This document shows, piece by piece, positions 28,356-44,100 of a stretch of DNA of 64,000 nt (positions are counted from its first letter, which is position 1; the number at the start of each line of letters is the position of its first letter). The stretch comes from Balanoglossus misakiensis (Eukaryota; Animalia; Hemichordata), in NCBI GenBank assembly GCA_040954595.2, contig CM082576.2, forward strand, positions 916,648-980,647, given 5' to 3'. The position numbers and the translations under genes were made by a program. Below the pieces are notes generated by a model. That model did not search any database, had not been told where the DNA came from, and worked only from the letters and a program-made list of their open reading frames with translations.

Positions 28356-31300
28356 AAACTGTTTTCTGATGCTGTGTGTGAACCTGGTCACCATCAGCAT
28401 GATGTGTTTTTGCGTGTATCATGTCTGACAACTCTCACTGTGTCTTCTTTGTGTAGTCATCATTGTACAGTTTGATTAGCCTGTCAATCTTTGCAACCTG
28501 TTAGAGTTTTGATCTGCATCATCAAGTGAGAGAACATATCTCAATCTTTTAGAGGCGTTTTCTTATATATTTGGTGATAAATGTTCCCTTACTTTATTAC
28601 GGAATATGTAAACTTCCCTACTCGGAGTTCAATGACCCAAGTCAGCCTGTTTCTCCTCTTAATTTGTTTTGTTGCATGGGGCCATCAATTTTTTTATGGG
28701 GAAAACTGGTACAGTCCATTCTAGTCTGAGAGGCGCAGCGTTTAATTATAAATTTTGTGTGCAATATGTGAGATGCCACAGTGAAAATTTACCATCATCT
28801 ATATAAATGTCTAGATTTAGGTAATATTTTTTCAAATGTCAAAATGAGATTTACACTTTAATCATTGCCATCTGAACTGCACATTCCATTGTGTGGTGAA
28901 TCACTTTCAATTACTCAGTTCTGCTCACAGAACGAGTTATTGATGTGTCGTACTTTCAGTGGAAATGAAACATGAAAGAAAAATTATATCAGTTGATGAC
29001 AAAAGTACATATCAAGGGACCAAATATCAACCGATGAAAATTATTGATTAAACGTTTGCTGAAAAACTCAATAAGATGTGATCAATTGAGACTGAGGTTA
29101 TTGATTTGGGTTGTCTTGTTCACTGTTGCATTTTCATCAGACAAAGTTCAGTGACTGCCCTGGGTTCAGTCTTTCAAAGCGCGCTTTTTACCCATCGCTT
29201 TCTCAGCTTAAAGGCATGGAAGTGTAACTTCAAATATATTTGATTGAAATTGGTTTTGCATTTGACAATGCATGCATTAATGCTGAAGGACATGGAACTG
29301 AAAATAGATTTTTTGTTGTCACGTTCGTTACCTGCCGAAACTCTCGTAATGCAACATACGTGGATGATGTAGATGCTGTATGTACACTAGCTGACCTGTG
29401 ATAAACCTGTAGATATTTTATTGCTCAATTTAATATGTTCAGAACATGAAATCAATCACTCTGACAGAAATTTGATTTGATGTGTGCAAATGCTGACTAA
29501 AATGCAAGCCATCAGAATGTGAAATTTGTTTCAATGATAAGAAATGTCTGCTCCACAGGGAGTTCAAAGTATGACACTTTAAAAACTTACAGTATAAATG
29601 TTCCATGAAGGGAAAAGTCATAGAGATCATTTTCACTAAACATACTAAAATTACATCAAATCTTTTGTGAAGGTATAGCTTGCAGCAATTTGCATCACCT
29701 GTCATCGGGTGAATATTGCAAGATGCAGACTCTGTGTCGTCGTGTTTTTTTTAAAAAACGGTAAAATGTAAATTCTAAAAGCAGTCACTCCATGCTTTTT
29801 ATCAATTTTTAAATAATTGATCATTTTGAAAATGAATATTTGTTGTAACTATTTTCATTTCATGCTGTGACTGAAATAATGTTGAACTTGGCAAATGATT
29901 TCTGAGACTGAGAGAAAGAACTGCACACATTATACCAGAATGATTGCTGATGATAAAGACTAATAAATTTATCAGGTACATGTAAATGTGTAATTTGTTT
30001 GATTAAATTAATTGTCACTGCCACAAGATTTGATGTCATCAATCCCTAGAGAAATGAAATCAATATTCGTTGAGAAGAAATGTTGACAGTTTAATTACAA
30101 CTGCATTATTACAAAGCCTTCACCTTTTCAGGCAGTTCTCAGCCATTACAAAGACACCTTTCTGTTGACTCTCTGTCATAATAACTTCTGATTTTATTTT
30201 CTTAGTAAAACTTAGTCAGGATAAGGATTACAAAATGTGTCTAGATTTTTAAAAAGTTTTTTGGCAACCGGGTCTTAGTGACAAGGATCTGACTATAACC
30301 ATTGGTGATGTGCAATAAACTCAAATGGAACATGTACAGACAGACATTTTTTGTGAAAAAAGTCTCATCATACACACCAGGCAGGAATTGGAAATATTGA
30401 AAGTTCAAGGTCAGTGCTATGAAAGCATTATATAAATCTTAAAAAGATAATTACATTCAGTGCTTGTGGTACATCTCATTTTTTGTTGATCTTCAGGCAT
30501 GCTGATTCTATACTCATTGCACTATGGACTGGCTTTAAGGTTAAGTTTTATTCACTGTTTAAATACAGAAAATATCATCCATTTTAATTTGCTTCACTAT
30601 ATTCCAAGTGTCCCAGGGACCTGTTTCCAATTGAGCATGTTTGATTTATAGTGTTTTGTGAAGTGGGCAACATACTGCGTCAAGTGTTCTGTGATTGCAT
30701 CCCCAATCTGCCATAATGGATCTCGTCCAGCTGTTGATTTGCCCCCAAGTGATGATTTCAATATTTTCATGCATTCAAGCAGTAAATCATAAAAATCTTT
30801 TCATCAGTTAGCGTGCCAGAAATATGCTTTTGTGTGGTCTGTTTGGGGCTCTACTATTTAGAGAAGATACTTTGTACCTCTCAGAAAATATGGTCAATCT
30901 CAGAAAACATCCCATTTATCATTCATTCACTCATTTGGAGAGTTTGTGGTGAATATTTTTAACAGTGCCATTGCACATCTTAACAATCAAATTCTCATGT
31001 AACTTCAGACAGCTTTTTCTTGATTGGAGGGAAAAAGGTTGGGTCACCATGGTAATGTTGTAATCACAGGACAAAACCTTTTAAAATGGAGTAGTTGAAG
31101 TAATTTCTACTTTAGTTTCCTCAATACTACAGACATTGGTTAATTTGAATACTGCACCAAAACGGGCAACTGGCAACTTCAGTGGCCATATTGATAGAGC
31201 AGAGAGGACTTAATCATTGACGATGACTTATTTGCCCATCAAAAGGTTTTCTTCAAGTTTGAGAGAACTCATTTTTTTCTGAAGATCTGTCCCCAGGGTA

Positions 31301-34300
31301 CACTTCATCTTGTAACCATAGTGTTTAACTTTCCTTGACCCAAGGTGAATAACAGAGCGTGGGAACTTTTGATGTGATTTCAATCATCTCTGTCATCCCT
31401 ACAAATGAAGTAGACTGTTATTGTTAACCAGTTTGTTCTCCTTTCTTTCAAATGTATAACATAGAGTTACGTTTAATTAGTAATATTTAAAAAAAAATTA
31501 CAGACATTTTCTGAAAACGATGATCAAACACCAAATGTTTCTTGTGCTTATATACAAAATGATCCACACAAGCAAGCAGCATGCAGATTTACAAAACTTT
31601 GTTATTTTGTGAACACCTGCCCTGATCAATATTGTACTCCACCTAAAACGGTGTCTAAAAGAAAACAAGATTCTGACAATGCTCAGAGAGATTTTAAATG
31701 ATAGTCCCAAGACCCACTTTAGGCAGCCATCTTGGTAACCTCAAACCGAGACAAAAAAAGCAAATTTTGCAGCAACAGACTCTTATCACACCTAAACTCC
31801 TTGTAGGTATGACTCATAAGTCTCTCATGACTCATCTTCATTTTCTTCCTAGACTTCTGGCACCATTGCTCTCTTAGCAATCTCCTCAAATTCTCTGTGC
31901 AATGTACAAGTTAACTTGCTGTTATTGTCAATTTGCATTACCTGTAAATACCTGCACTGCCTTAGAGAAATACTCCATGTGACACTTTCATTATTCCCAA
32001 GATGATTTGAACATGGCTGGGTTTTTTTGTATGCGTCATTCCAAGTTTACTGTCTGCTGTAAAACTTCAATAGTCTAATTAAATGAAATCTTACAGATAA
32101 TAATTATTACATGATTATCAAATACTAGTCGGCTTTCCTCATTTCATCAGAAATATCTGAAGCAGTTAACCCTGACACTAACTTTAAAACAAGGTAATCA
32201 TTATAATAGTCATTAACAAGGCAAACTGGACACTTTCGTAACAGTTGTTCCAAGTGTGTACTTTGTGTGGTCTTATTGGTCGATTTCTTTGTCAACGCAC
32301 TCTTCACACAGGTGCATAGATGTACTGTAACCTTTGACCTTCCCAGGCATTTGACATTGAACCTTTGAATGAGGCATGTATTTTCTAGGTGTTTTTGATA
32401 TGGTACGTGACGTCACTGACATTCTCTAGAAAGTAACAACAGATATTTTATACATGCACTGTCATGGCTTAATTCTGACAGCCGGGAATGTTTTCGTTTA
32501 AAAGTCCAGGCATAACATTGTAATACGATTCTGAAAAATTGCGTTGAATGTCATGTGATTGCAACATGATTGAACATAATGATTTCGATCTCAAAGAGAT
32601 AGTTCTTACTGATGTAGAATGCAACTGTAATCAGTCACTTATTTGTTGATGAACAGCTTTTTCGTAGAAATTTTAAAAATGGGTATTTATGTTGCTCACT
32701 TTTCATGTGTGTGTATGTGCTAATATATTATTTTCATTAAAGGGAAATGAAACTATGAAAATGTACATGGTTTTACATATTTTTAACAGTATTTGCGTGC
32801 ATGATGTCAGAGTATGTTACAATACTTTTGTCCCATTAAGCATTACATTTATGAAAACTGTCAGTATTTTTGTGAGACTTTTTTGTTTTTATTTTCCTTA
32901 GCAGGTTTGTTGTTGCCATTCTCAACACTCAGCATATCAATAAATGCAAGCACACGTATTCAGCTCTTCCTATCTCCAGCTCCTTCTCTACCTGTCCTCT
33001 TACATTACCACCCTTCAGTTCCACAGAACTTGAAACCTAGTCTGAGTTGAGTTGAGTAATGGCAACAATATTACCTGCAAACTTTCATCTTTTGTGCAAT
33101 ATTACATTCCATGTATTTTTTGTGTATTTTATTTGATTATGTTGTACATGTATGTGTTTGTGTTATTTTTATTTGAACCAGTGTCTTCATAAAGTGTGTA
33201 CGTCAACTGCATGAATCCACAGTCTCTGTCTGATTTTTTTTTCTTTTCACAATTACATCTTCATCAACTCGCATACACTGTCACTGCTTATACCTCAGAT
33301 GGGAATTAAAGCATTAAGAAAGAGTCTGTTTTGCAGCACATAGCAACCTTGTCATAATACGCCTAAATTACGCCAGAATAAAATGTCACACATAGGCTCT
33401 AAGTGTTCTATCAAAAACATGCACAGAAGACGTCATGTAGTAGGCCTACCAACAATTACATGTGCTAGCACATGCATAGGAATACAAATGGTATTCGTTC
33501 CAACAAAGGACAGATCCAGATTTGGAGGAAATGTTTAGACATATATCTCCAGATGTGATTTGTGCGATACCAAATTTGAAATTGGATTTCCAGTATTTTT
33601 TAAATGATTATGGTGAGTGTCAACATTCTATTAAACTTGTTGTGTGGTTCGAACAACCACATGTGTACCGTATATGTAACACAATTATCCAAGCGATTAT
33701 TTGCAGTTCTCACTTCTTCAGGTGAGTGTATCTCCATCACAGACAGCGAAGATGATTTTCACTGCAGGAGACATGCAGAAGTAATTATCCAAAAATATTG
33801 TGCAGAAATAAAATTGTTTGTGTTGATTGTGTGGATGATAAATGTATTTGTAGAGAACCCAAACGAGATGAATCAAAACCAGTTTGTTCAACACACAATG
33901 GTCTTTCTGACATGTGTATCTCTTTCCATCTAAACATATGAAATATTAAATTTCCTAATGTGTTTGCATGTATTGTGCAGAATTGTGAAATCTATCAGTC
34001 ATCTTTGGTGTCAAACTGCTGATAAGGATCTTTCATTAAAATCATAAATCATCAAATTGGTAATTGGAAAAAATGATATTTTTGTCGATTGCTCCCTGGA
34101 GATGATAAAGTTAATAATGAACCACTGTATATCATTGGTTGTTGGACATTTGTCAGGAAAGGAAGAAGAAAAGAGACAGTCTTTCCATAACTAGCCTTTG
34201 ATATATTTTGTGTTTTGTTAGTTTGAAACAGCCGGAGCTTTGGTCATCTCAGCTTGCATAATGAGTAATTGCATAAAGAAACAATGTCACTTTGACTGTT

Positions 34301-35528
34301 TGCTCATTGTTAAATTTCGAAAGGTTTGGCCATGAATGTACTCAGCCATGTTGCTGAAAATTAGAGCATGATTGTTTCACATTCATCTCCCAATGGTAAC
34401 CAATTTAATTCCAAAAACAAACCTCTCTGTACAAACGCCTTTCATTTTATCAAGTGTATATAGATTATTGAGTTTTCTTCCTGAAAGGTTAAGTTATTTT
34501 TGGTGCCAATTATAGAATTAAACATGATAAATGTCTCTGTGACTTGAAAGGTTAAACGATAATGAAACCCCACATGGTTTTGCTATTTAAACCCGGAATT
34601 GAATTCAGTTTTTTTCTAGTATTCTGACATCTTTAGACTTGAATGTCACAAAAACCAAACAAACTTTGGATTTGAAGTTATTCATACCATAATTCTAGTC
34701 TCGTGACAATTTTGAAAATCACTCTTCATGCATGCAAGTGATGTTCCTCTCCTACTTCTGCAACTGAGGGCAGTATATGCACCCATTCCAGTAGACAGAT
34801 TCAGTTGGCCCAGATCGAGAGGCCACTATGTACAGTCACACCCTGATGGCAATGATCCATGTGTACACTGTGTTTGCAGGGTGGAAGAAATTATGCGGTT
34901 TTGTGTTTGTTAACTCTGAAGATTTACATGTTATAGCAAACCATTTCTGGAGCATACTTTGTTTTTGTTACCAATGAATGAAATATTTGAACCCTGAGGC
35001 AGTATTGGCAAATCATATCAGGCAAATTAATTTGTGTGTCTCGTATAAAAATAGATAAACTATATTTGTACTCATGCCTCAATCAAAATTCCATCACGTA
35101 TCTCGGCCAGGTCTGTCTGGTGCGTGCAACTGTGCTGTAGGAATTAGCTCCACCCAAATTGTTTGTGCAGGCTGGCTTTTAATGAACAACTCACGGCAAA
35201 CAACTGCCAGGATGTTCAGTAGGAAAAGGGAGTCATGAAAAAACGTCGCTGTCTGGGCTTTGGGGGGTACTAGCTGTGGTAACGCAGTTGTACCATGGAG
35301 GGATGCACAGCTAGGGGAGGGGAGGGGGGAGGGGGTACAAGGAGAAATAAAGAGGAATACAACAGGTGGTCACTTGGAAAGGGTGACCAACTGTGTTCTG
35401 TCGCTGTGTTCGCCCAGTTTTGATGAAGGATAGAATTTCAATGTCAACAAAAGAGAGCAGGACACCAACTCGACGATACATATTATAGGAATATGCAGAG
35501 TAAATGATCGTCACATCTCTCACACAGC

Positions 35529-35558
35529 ACAACACAACACAACACAACACAACACAAC
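35529..35558. repeat. (CAACA)n pentanucleotide microsatellite
   Basis: About 6 units. Confidence 0.85.
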
Positions 35559-38500
35559 TATAAAGTATGCCACAATCTCAATTACCAGAAAATGTGCATG
35601 CACACCACAAACTAGGAAGTGCACATGCAAATTAATAGTTGAGCTCAAACAACTCGCAATTCAACATATTTCAAGAGGCAGAACAACTTCAAAATACCCA
35701 AAAAAAAACTTTAAGAGTAAGCAAATTTGTCCCCATAACATCTGTGAAAGGGTCAATTGAACTTTTGCAGGTGAAACGTACAACACTGGGAAAGGTGAAC
35801 ATCCTGGAAACAATTGAACCTGGGATGGGACACACCCTGTTTTATTACCCAGCAACACTCACTGCAAATAGTTACATTTGTTGCATTTTGATCGCTGTAA
35901 TTACTACTTCAATATGTTGCTGACAAAATGTCCACTTTATTTTAACTCATAAATATCTCAACCTGCATGAATTGTCTGAGAGTGGCTGGTATTGATTGAC
36001 TATGTTGATATACACACTTCTATGATCAGATAATTTTTTTTATCAGTGCAGTCCCTTGAGTTCAACAAGTTTTGTCGGCATGTTTGAAAAAATTGTGTGA
36101 CACTGTAGGGCAGTATCTTGACAGGTTCTTTTGTAAATATATAAATCACTCATTATTGTCTTCGTCTTATCATGTTATACGCTTATTTGCCAGTGAAACC
36201 AGAAGTCATGAGCAGATTAACACAAATGCTTAGAATCTATTTGTCCTGCATTCTGTTGTGTATATATCTAACATATACTGTTGCATGAAGTTAGTTCCTG
36301 TGTTTTTTTGTATGAATGCACAAAGTAACCAGAGTTTGAACAAGATACATGTAGTTTCCGAAGTTGCAGTATATTCCGATTCATATCAATTTTCCTCTTC
36401 AAATCAAATTCTTTTCATGATTTCTGTTTACACTTCTGGAAAATGATATTGTAAGATAACGTTATCTGTAGTCAACAGTGAGAGGGGCTTTCAGAGATCG
36501 GAGTAATTGATACTGCCGTATCTATAGTAACAGCCAGTGGCATTAACTGTCAAAATCAGCTGTGTTGTAAGTTGGTTGCTAGCTTTGATATGTTTTCAAA
36601 TGAAACTGATCACAGGCTTCAAACAATTATTTAAAGTCATTCAAAATTCCAGGACTTTTCGCAATGATTTTCCAAGAATTTGAGAAGTCAGAAATGCTGT
36701 TTTCCACTGAGGAGTGATTGTGGAACAGTCATTTTGTTGAAAATTCATGGTAGCATGAGTGTGAATCAATTCACAAGGTTTGCTGGATCCTGGGAGGAGG
36801 AGGAGGAGGAGGGGGGGTCAAATGAATACAAAGAAAATGGACAAATCATCATCAGTGAGGCTGACATTCTCTGTGATTGCTTCCCCATTTTTAAAATGAA
36901 GATTTTTGGTCCAAAATTCCAAGAATTGGACCCTGAGGAATCATCTTTCTGCTGATGTACAATAATTACAAACCTGAGTGTGTTAGACATAATATGGACC
37001 TCTCAGTGATTGCTTCAGACAGATATCCATTATGGCAACGACCTATATTTGCCTGATTGACCTTCTGAGATCATTAACTTTTCAGAATGACAGATGATGT
37101 TTTTCAAACTTGGCCGTCGCATCTTTTGCAGTGTCGCATCTAAAAGTCATGGTCGTCCAGATCGACTCATTCACAGATTTAAAGTGAACTAAAACTGCAA
37201 GATGTAAACTAATAGAATATGCATTATGATAAATAATAAGGTGTTTTTCACCACATCTTGATAACCTGTGACAAAGTGCCCACCATTGAAAGTCATTATG
37301 CTGTGATACTGATCCCGAAAAAGAAGCAAAGAAAAGATATGTGACTGAGGGTGGTGCAAGAAATCTGTAAAAATCCTGACTTTGTTTGTCAGAGGCGCAA
37401 ATGATCCCTGATATTTTCTTTGTTTATAGTTTATAGCAAAGGTGGCAGAAAAGTTGGGATATGGGTTGGCTATACAGCCTGCATTAAAACTTTGACTTTT
37501 TTATTATTCATAACTCTGTCATCATCATCATCATCTTAGATGTGATACTCCCCTACGAAGTTGTTGTAGTGTGTAAAATACTTGAGTTTCGGTCAGTCTC
37601 AATTGGCTGTGATATTTATCAGTTTTCAAATGTTACAGTACATCATCTGTGTGCCGTGTTGTGTCGTGCATGAATGCATCAGTATCAAATGCAGACCTGG
37701 AGGCAGTGTATCTTAGCTGAAGAATATCACAATCTCACATCCATTCATCATGGAAACCAGCAAATTTCCTGTGCGTTGGAACATCTCTTAGGATTTGCTC
37801 ATTTCCTCTGTAATGTTCTGCCATCATTATTTAATCATGGTCCTTAACCACTTGTGGGTTCTCTTGTGGGAGGACAGTTTGCTACAAAAAAACCACACAC
37901 ACACATGCAAATCTGATTCGTGTTTATATGATACTAAATTTCACCTATTCATACAAATATAATAAATTTAAACATGGCTATTTTAGAGATAAAATGCGTT
38001 CTGGTGCAAGCATATAGATGGCTAAACATCCTAATGACTGAAAATGCCTGGTCAGGAAGTTTTATCTCTCAACAGCAGATTTTTTTTTTCATAAGTATTC
38101 AATATGGCTAGACAGAACTGTCTATTCACATCATGATGTCTCTGTGTTTTTAATACCCTTCCTTATGGGGTTGGCTGAAATATTGTGTCAGGCTGAATAA
38201 CAGACGTACTTGCCCCAAAAATCAATCTGTAAATAGAACAAAGACATTTTCTCCAGAACTATTATGAAAATTGAAATTAAAATTCAATTATGGATAAGCA
38301 GATAAAACGATTCAAGTCATCATTTTCTGTGATGGTTTTTGCCAGTAGCAGTAAACATGTAAAGTTGCCAATCAAAAACAAACTGTGACTCTGTGTCTCA
38401 TATAGTGTTCTCATTCCTCTGAGTGCTATTAACATTTCAGCAAAAAATGAAAATGAAATCTATGAAATATTTATTTTAATATCTTTATGCACAGTTCCTC

Positions 38501-40849
38501 AAGAAAGACGGTCGGGAAACTCTCGGGCCCCTATTGTTATGATGCTCATTATGGTTTGCTGAAATGTTTATTGGATGTTTATTCCGTTAATCCAAGTAAC
38601 TCCCCCAATCTGATCGGAAGCATGTCTGAAGTTAGGAAGAGACGTCGAAGTCATTTGCATCAGATTAGCATATGCGGTGATGTCATTTTCCCAAGAATGC
38701 ATCATAATTGCTGTTATTGTTGTAGAAATGTCGTTTAAGATACAGTCCCTCAACCAACACGTCGATTTGTGATTCTTATTCTAACCCTGATCTTGTCGAT
38801 CAGAACGCGAACCAGGAATACGTACTGGAAAGTGACCCAGCTCATTGAGTGAGTGATCAAAAACTGTGCATTTGTAGGGATTCCTTTCTGGTCGACGGCG
38901 ATCACTGTGAGGCTCAAAAAGCAATGAATGAATGTATGAATTTTACAAATTATATTTTAAATGTAATAGCTACGGAAGTTTCAGAAGTAGAAAAATGGTT
39001 TTCCTTGTTGTTTTCATTAAGAATTCATGTTCAGAGATACTGTGGATATATGGTGTAAACAGTTAACTAAACTTGCGCTCAACATCATTAGACAGACACT
39101 GATCATTATAGTGTATAACTTGACATGGTGACTAAAAATCAACTTTCTCTTTCGGCTGTTGAAAGACCTTGATGGAATCAGATGCTTTTGACCTTGTATC
39201 GTGCACATCAATCTTCAATCCTATTAGAAAAATTCATCTTGGCTAAAAAGGTAATGAAACTGGAAGTCGGTGTTGGGGTTGGCTTCAGGGCCTGGTGGTT
39301 TCCATGGTTACAGTGGTAACTAAGGATCATGGTGCAAAGTATGATTGCATGTCCACCAGGAGATTCTCGCTTTCTCAAATCAGCTGGGACTAGGAGCCAA
39401 ATATATATCCACATTGCCTGATGATTGGAGACTTTATCTCTCTGTTTCCTTCGGGTATAAATCTGATCAGTTTCTTCTCTTCCATGGATATCCTTACCCC
39501 TCAGGCATTTTGGTAGCATTGTCAGAGAATGAATGCATCATTTATGAATTGTGAATGACACAGTGATAAGATTTCCCAGTGTGTGCCACATCAGACAAAG
39601 ATGGGTCAATCTCACAGACAAATTCTCTTCAGCAGAGAATCCACAAATGTGTACTTTAAGTTCCCAGTCACAAAAAATACAGTAAATAAAACATGTTTAA
39701 TCAAAAAGTAACCGTGGTTGGAACAAGGAAAAGCTGTCGTCAATTGAAACTTCAATCATGACCAAGAATTCTGACTTTGTGAATAAGTCATGTCCAAACT
39801 GCAAAGAAAAGCTTTTGAAGATAGATTTATTTATTTACCATTTCATTGGATTCAACTGTCAGATAGCTGACACAAAACTTACCGGCATAAGAAGATAAAA
39901 TGTGATATCCTACAGGTAAACCATGTGATCTTTGTGTTTCCTGATAAAAAATAAAACAAGTATGATGTCTAAACCCTTTTAACTCTTGACCTTTTTATAT
40001 TTATGTGAACATTTCCGTCACAATGTGTCTCTGAATACCCACCATTCCTGAATTCAAATGATAAAATACATATTCATGTAGTGTAGGTTAAAAAACTCTT
40101 TTCAACCTGGAGAATGATCCATTGACCCTGATACTCATGAAGGAATCAACCCTTCAATTTGGGCATCACTTCATCCATGTTTGTTCAAATTGTTATAGCA
40201 TATGTTTTAACTTTTTTTAACTTATGAAAAGAATCATCTTCTTTCAAAAAAGGCATAGTCAACTGTTTAGTCTACACTTCCGTACACGTGATGTCAAATA
40301 TCACAGCACAGATGTATCAACCACTAGGATCACTGATTCTCAGCTGGCATCAGTGGAATAGCCTGAAGTCAAGAAGAAAAAAACAACTAAGTGAATTAAT
40401 TTTCTCAGAAATGCAGCTTCTACTCATCACCTCCCCATTCTGCCGCCATTCTTTCACAACATCCATCCTTCAGTTTCTAATCATAGCTTCTACTTTATGT
40501 ACCTGATATTGGTTCCCAGGTGTCATTGAAAATGACAGGATGTTATCAGGGACATTGTAGATTCATGTGGGTACATTGTAATGATCATTGACAACTATTT
40601 ATTGTGTATTCTATTATTGTACCTTGACATGTCAGTATGAAGTGGTTTTTGTCAACTGGAAGATATATTTTCATCTTTTCACATCATTGTCAATGGCAAA
40701 GAGAATATAAATGAAGTTCAATAAATGTCATTATTTCAGCTCAACATATTGTAGTCAGTAGAATGAAGAAATAGTAATCCAAACAACATCCAAAGGATTG
40801 GTCCTGTTCTTGTGTCAAAACGACATACAAACGTTTTATTCACATTCTT

Positions 40850-41160
40850 TTAAAGGGACAAAGTCACTAACTTTTGATATTATTTTTGCCATTTTTATTT
40901 CTTTTGATAGGCTATTTATGGTATTCTGCTCAATGATCAGTAGTTACAATCCTGTAGAGTAAAACGTGAATACGTCTACAATATTATTTTTGGTTCTGAC
41001 CAAAAATTAAATGATGGAAGTATTTCATGTGTAAACGTCCATGTACTGCTATGGCTTGTGGATTGAGTCAAAAGGGCATAACTGGTATGTTTCAGTAAGT
41101 AGAACAACATAAATAGCCTATCAAAATAAAAGTCACAAATTTGTGACTTTGTCCCGTTCA
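40850..41160. mobile_element. Degenerate ~310-bp non-autonomous DNA transposon at a TTAA site (Kolobok-like termini)
   Basis: Left end TTAA-AGGGACAAAGTCA, right end TGACTTTGTCCC-g-TTCA. A subterminal inverted pair TTTTGATAGGCTATTTATG (40902-40920) / CATAAATAGCCTATCAAAA (41108-41126). Confidence 0.7.
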
Positions 41161-44100
41161 TGCAAATTAAGCCCTGTTTCTCTTTACATATAGAGTCAGA
41201 AAATTGTGAATGATAATAAAAAAAGATAGACAGTCCTGCTTCTTTCCATGCATGACATCAAAATTGGGTGTTAATCAACTCCTGCTTCCTGTGTGAAAAA
41301 CTCAGAAACAATACCAGACATCAACTAGAAATGCTGAAAAATTGAATGTGTTTATCTCATGTATTCTTGTATTCACTGTCCCTTGCTAATCTATTGTGCT
41401 TTTAATCCTATTTGTCTGTGCCAGTGTATGGCTGTTATCTTGTCCCTGTCAATTAATCATTGATAGTTAAATGTTCATCCTTTTAATTAGTGATTATTGT
41501 ACCTCAGGGGAATTTCCTGCTTCCAAGTTTTTCTTTGACCCACCAGCATATTACCTCACAGCGCTCATCTGATAGGTTACAACATTGGTTGCAGCTGAAT
41601 TGGTTTCAGTTTGATATTGTCTTTGAACCAGCATGGGGTTAGAATAGCTGTTTATATCACAGCAACCATATGGCCTGTTATATTGTTCAATCAGAATGAT
41701 GTGGTATGTTGTAGGTCATTACAGTTGTGTGACTACAAAATAAACAGGTGTTTGTTCATCAAGAGAAAAAAATTAGAAGTTCAAACATGTAGACATAGCA
41801 GAGACAAGCAGACTGTTATTTTTCTCATTCTAAAAAGAAAATAAGTCAAGTTCCCGTGTCCAATATAATGTGCTTTTGAATAATTAAAAGGAATTTAAAT
41901 ATTGCTTTTAGGTTTTGCGCTCCTAATAGGCAAAAAAAATTTAAAAATCTTGAATCTAATCAGGTGGTTGACATGACTTTTGCTGAAACATATCAGGCAT
42001 AGAACACAAATATCATAACATCTGTTTCTAGGTATTTGTAGGCTGTTTACAGACTTCATAATTTAAGGCTTTTTACATGCAGCATATGGATCATAAAATA
42101 CATATGACCCGTACTTTTCATTAATACCACACAGAAAGTACATTCTTTGAATTCCACACATACCTTAAACATTTCAGCCAATGATGTGAAATGATAAAAA
42201 AAGAAAATTATTAATATTAATATTTGAATGGGGACCTATTCTACTGTAAATTTTAACATTTGCATTTTGTGATGTTAGAAAAAAATATCATTTGTTAAAA
42301 TTTAAGCTAAACCAGTTCATTTGGTTATCCAATAGAAGCTGATGGCAATCACAAAATGTTTCTGTAATACTGATGTATTTTTTGAGTCCTTGGCTTTGAC
42401 AATCAGAGCCGCATCTTAATTCACTGCCTGTTTATGTTACTGCCCTAGATTTCAGTGTGTGAGTCATCGGAACTAAAGGGTGATGTCCTCTGGTTTGGGT
42501 GAATGTGTTTACAGCAGTCGATTTGTCTGGCCAACATTAGAAGCTGAGACTGCAGCATTATACACAGTAATTAAAACTTCGTCCTACTGTTCATTATGTT
42601 TTCTGTCACACCAGGTTGTGGCTTTTTCAACTCATTAGGGATATTTGACTATATTGGGTAGATGCCATTATTTCTCTAAACACAAGCATGACCTCTGGCA
42701 TCATTGCAGTTTATGCAGTTTTAATCCAGACACTACAAGTATTCAACACCTGAATATGCGATTATATGCCATATCAAACAACCGCATCTCTCAATATTCT
42801 TGCATGCATTCACCGTGATTATAATTTCTCATTATTTTGATGAGAGAAAAGCTTCATCTCTTCCTTGGTCTGCAGACGGCCGAACCACAACATTTTGACA
42901 CTGTGGATCTTGCGCTTTCTTTGAGGACAGTTGGAGGAGAAGGGTAATTTTATGTGCATAGCCATCCTTCCATCGATCTTGATTCATGCAGTATAATTGT
43001 TTCAAACTTTTGCAAGTTGCCATGTCTGCACAGAACAGAAAATCAGAGTGAGTGCCACTGTGAAAGCAATGTGACTAAGTTTTGTTAGAATACCCTGACA
43101 GTATTTAGTGTCTTTGTCAGGGACCCCTGGCTTTTATTGTTGATCATATTATTAAGTCAATCACATGTAAAGTCCTGAATTCTAGATTGGACATGTCCTT
43201 AATCAGTTAATTGTTAATTAGCTGAGCTTTGTTGACGTTTGTCTTTGATGTTAATTCCATGCATTTTATTCGATGGACCAGTGTTATACGAAAGAGTGCG
43301 ATTTCTAAGTGTTTGAACTAAGAAGTGGACCAGCCAAGAAATCAGAATACACTTCTGAATTGTAGATCATTAAAGTATAACAATAAGAATTGTGTCAACA
43401 TGTCTGGGCAGCTGTTTCAATCTGGCACAATAGAAATCAAGGGTTGTTGTCTGTAGAATCTTAGGTCTTGTTTACATTTACAATTATATATAGACTTATC
43501 TTAATTGCCGTTCATATTGGTATTCAGTAACTTTTAAATGATATGATCATGTTATCACATGTCGATGTCCCCTTTGTCGCGCAAAAACCATTTCAACACT
43601 TCAGTCTATTCTGTAGAATTCAGAACTTGTTATTTTTTAATCATAGACCCAAGAGAATACATAATACCGCTAGTCTGTCATGTTTATTTTTCATGTGTTT
43701 TTGTTTTCATATTCAGTTTTGATGCTAATGATAGTCTGATCCATTCAAATATTTGGCAATGTGCCAAGAGTAAGATAAAGGCTTCCAGGAAGTGAATTTT
43801 TCTCACCTTTTTGTCAAGAAACAGAAGTAATAGATCTATAGTACAATTGGTTTAATTGGCCAAATTTTATCACCTCAAACTGTTACTCTTATAATACTGA
43901 TAAGAAATAAATGTTCCTGTTGAGTTTATAATAGATAACAGATTATCCCTCACTGTCTGTATATTTCTTTAACTTGCTTTCATCATCCTCGACAAACAAG
44001 GCTGCCTAAGATTTGTTCAGATGCTTTGCTGCTCTCAAATATCACGATCATTCTGTTGTTTTCTCTGTTGTACAAAAAAGTCAGTGAGCAAATCCTGAGT

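Noticed and set aside
31849-32330. Possible nested minus-strand gene (VMQIDNN...PEV* and ORF 32125-32307)
   Set aside because: Could not build a phase-consistent spliced model; weak acceptor context.
39208-39554. Overlapping ORFs in the large NEK9 intron
   Set aside because: No recognisable homology or linked exons.
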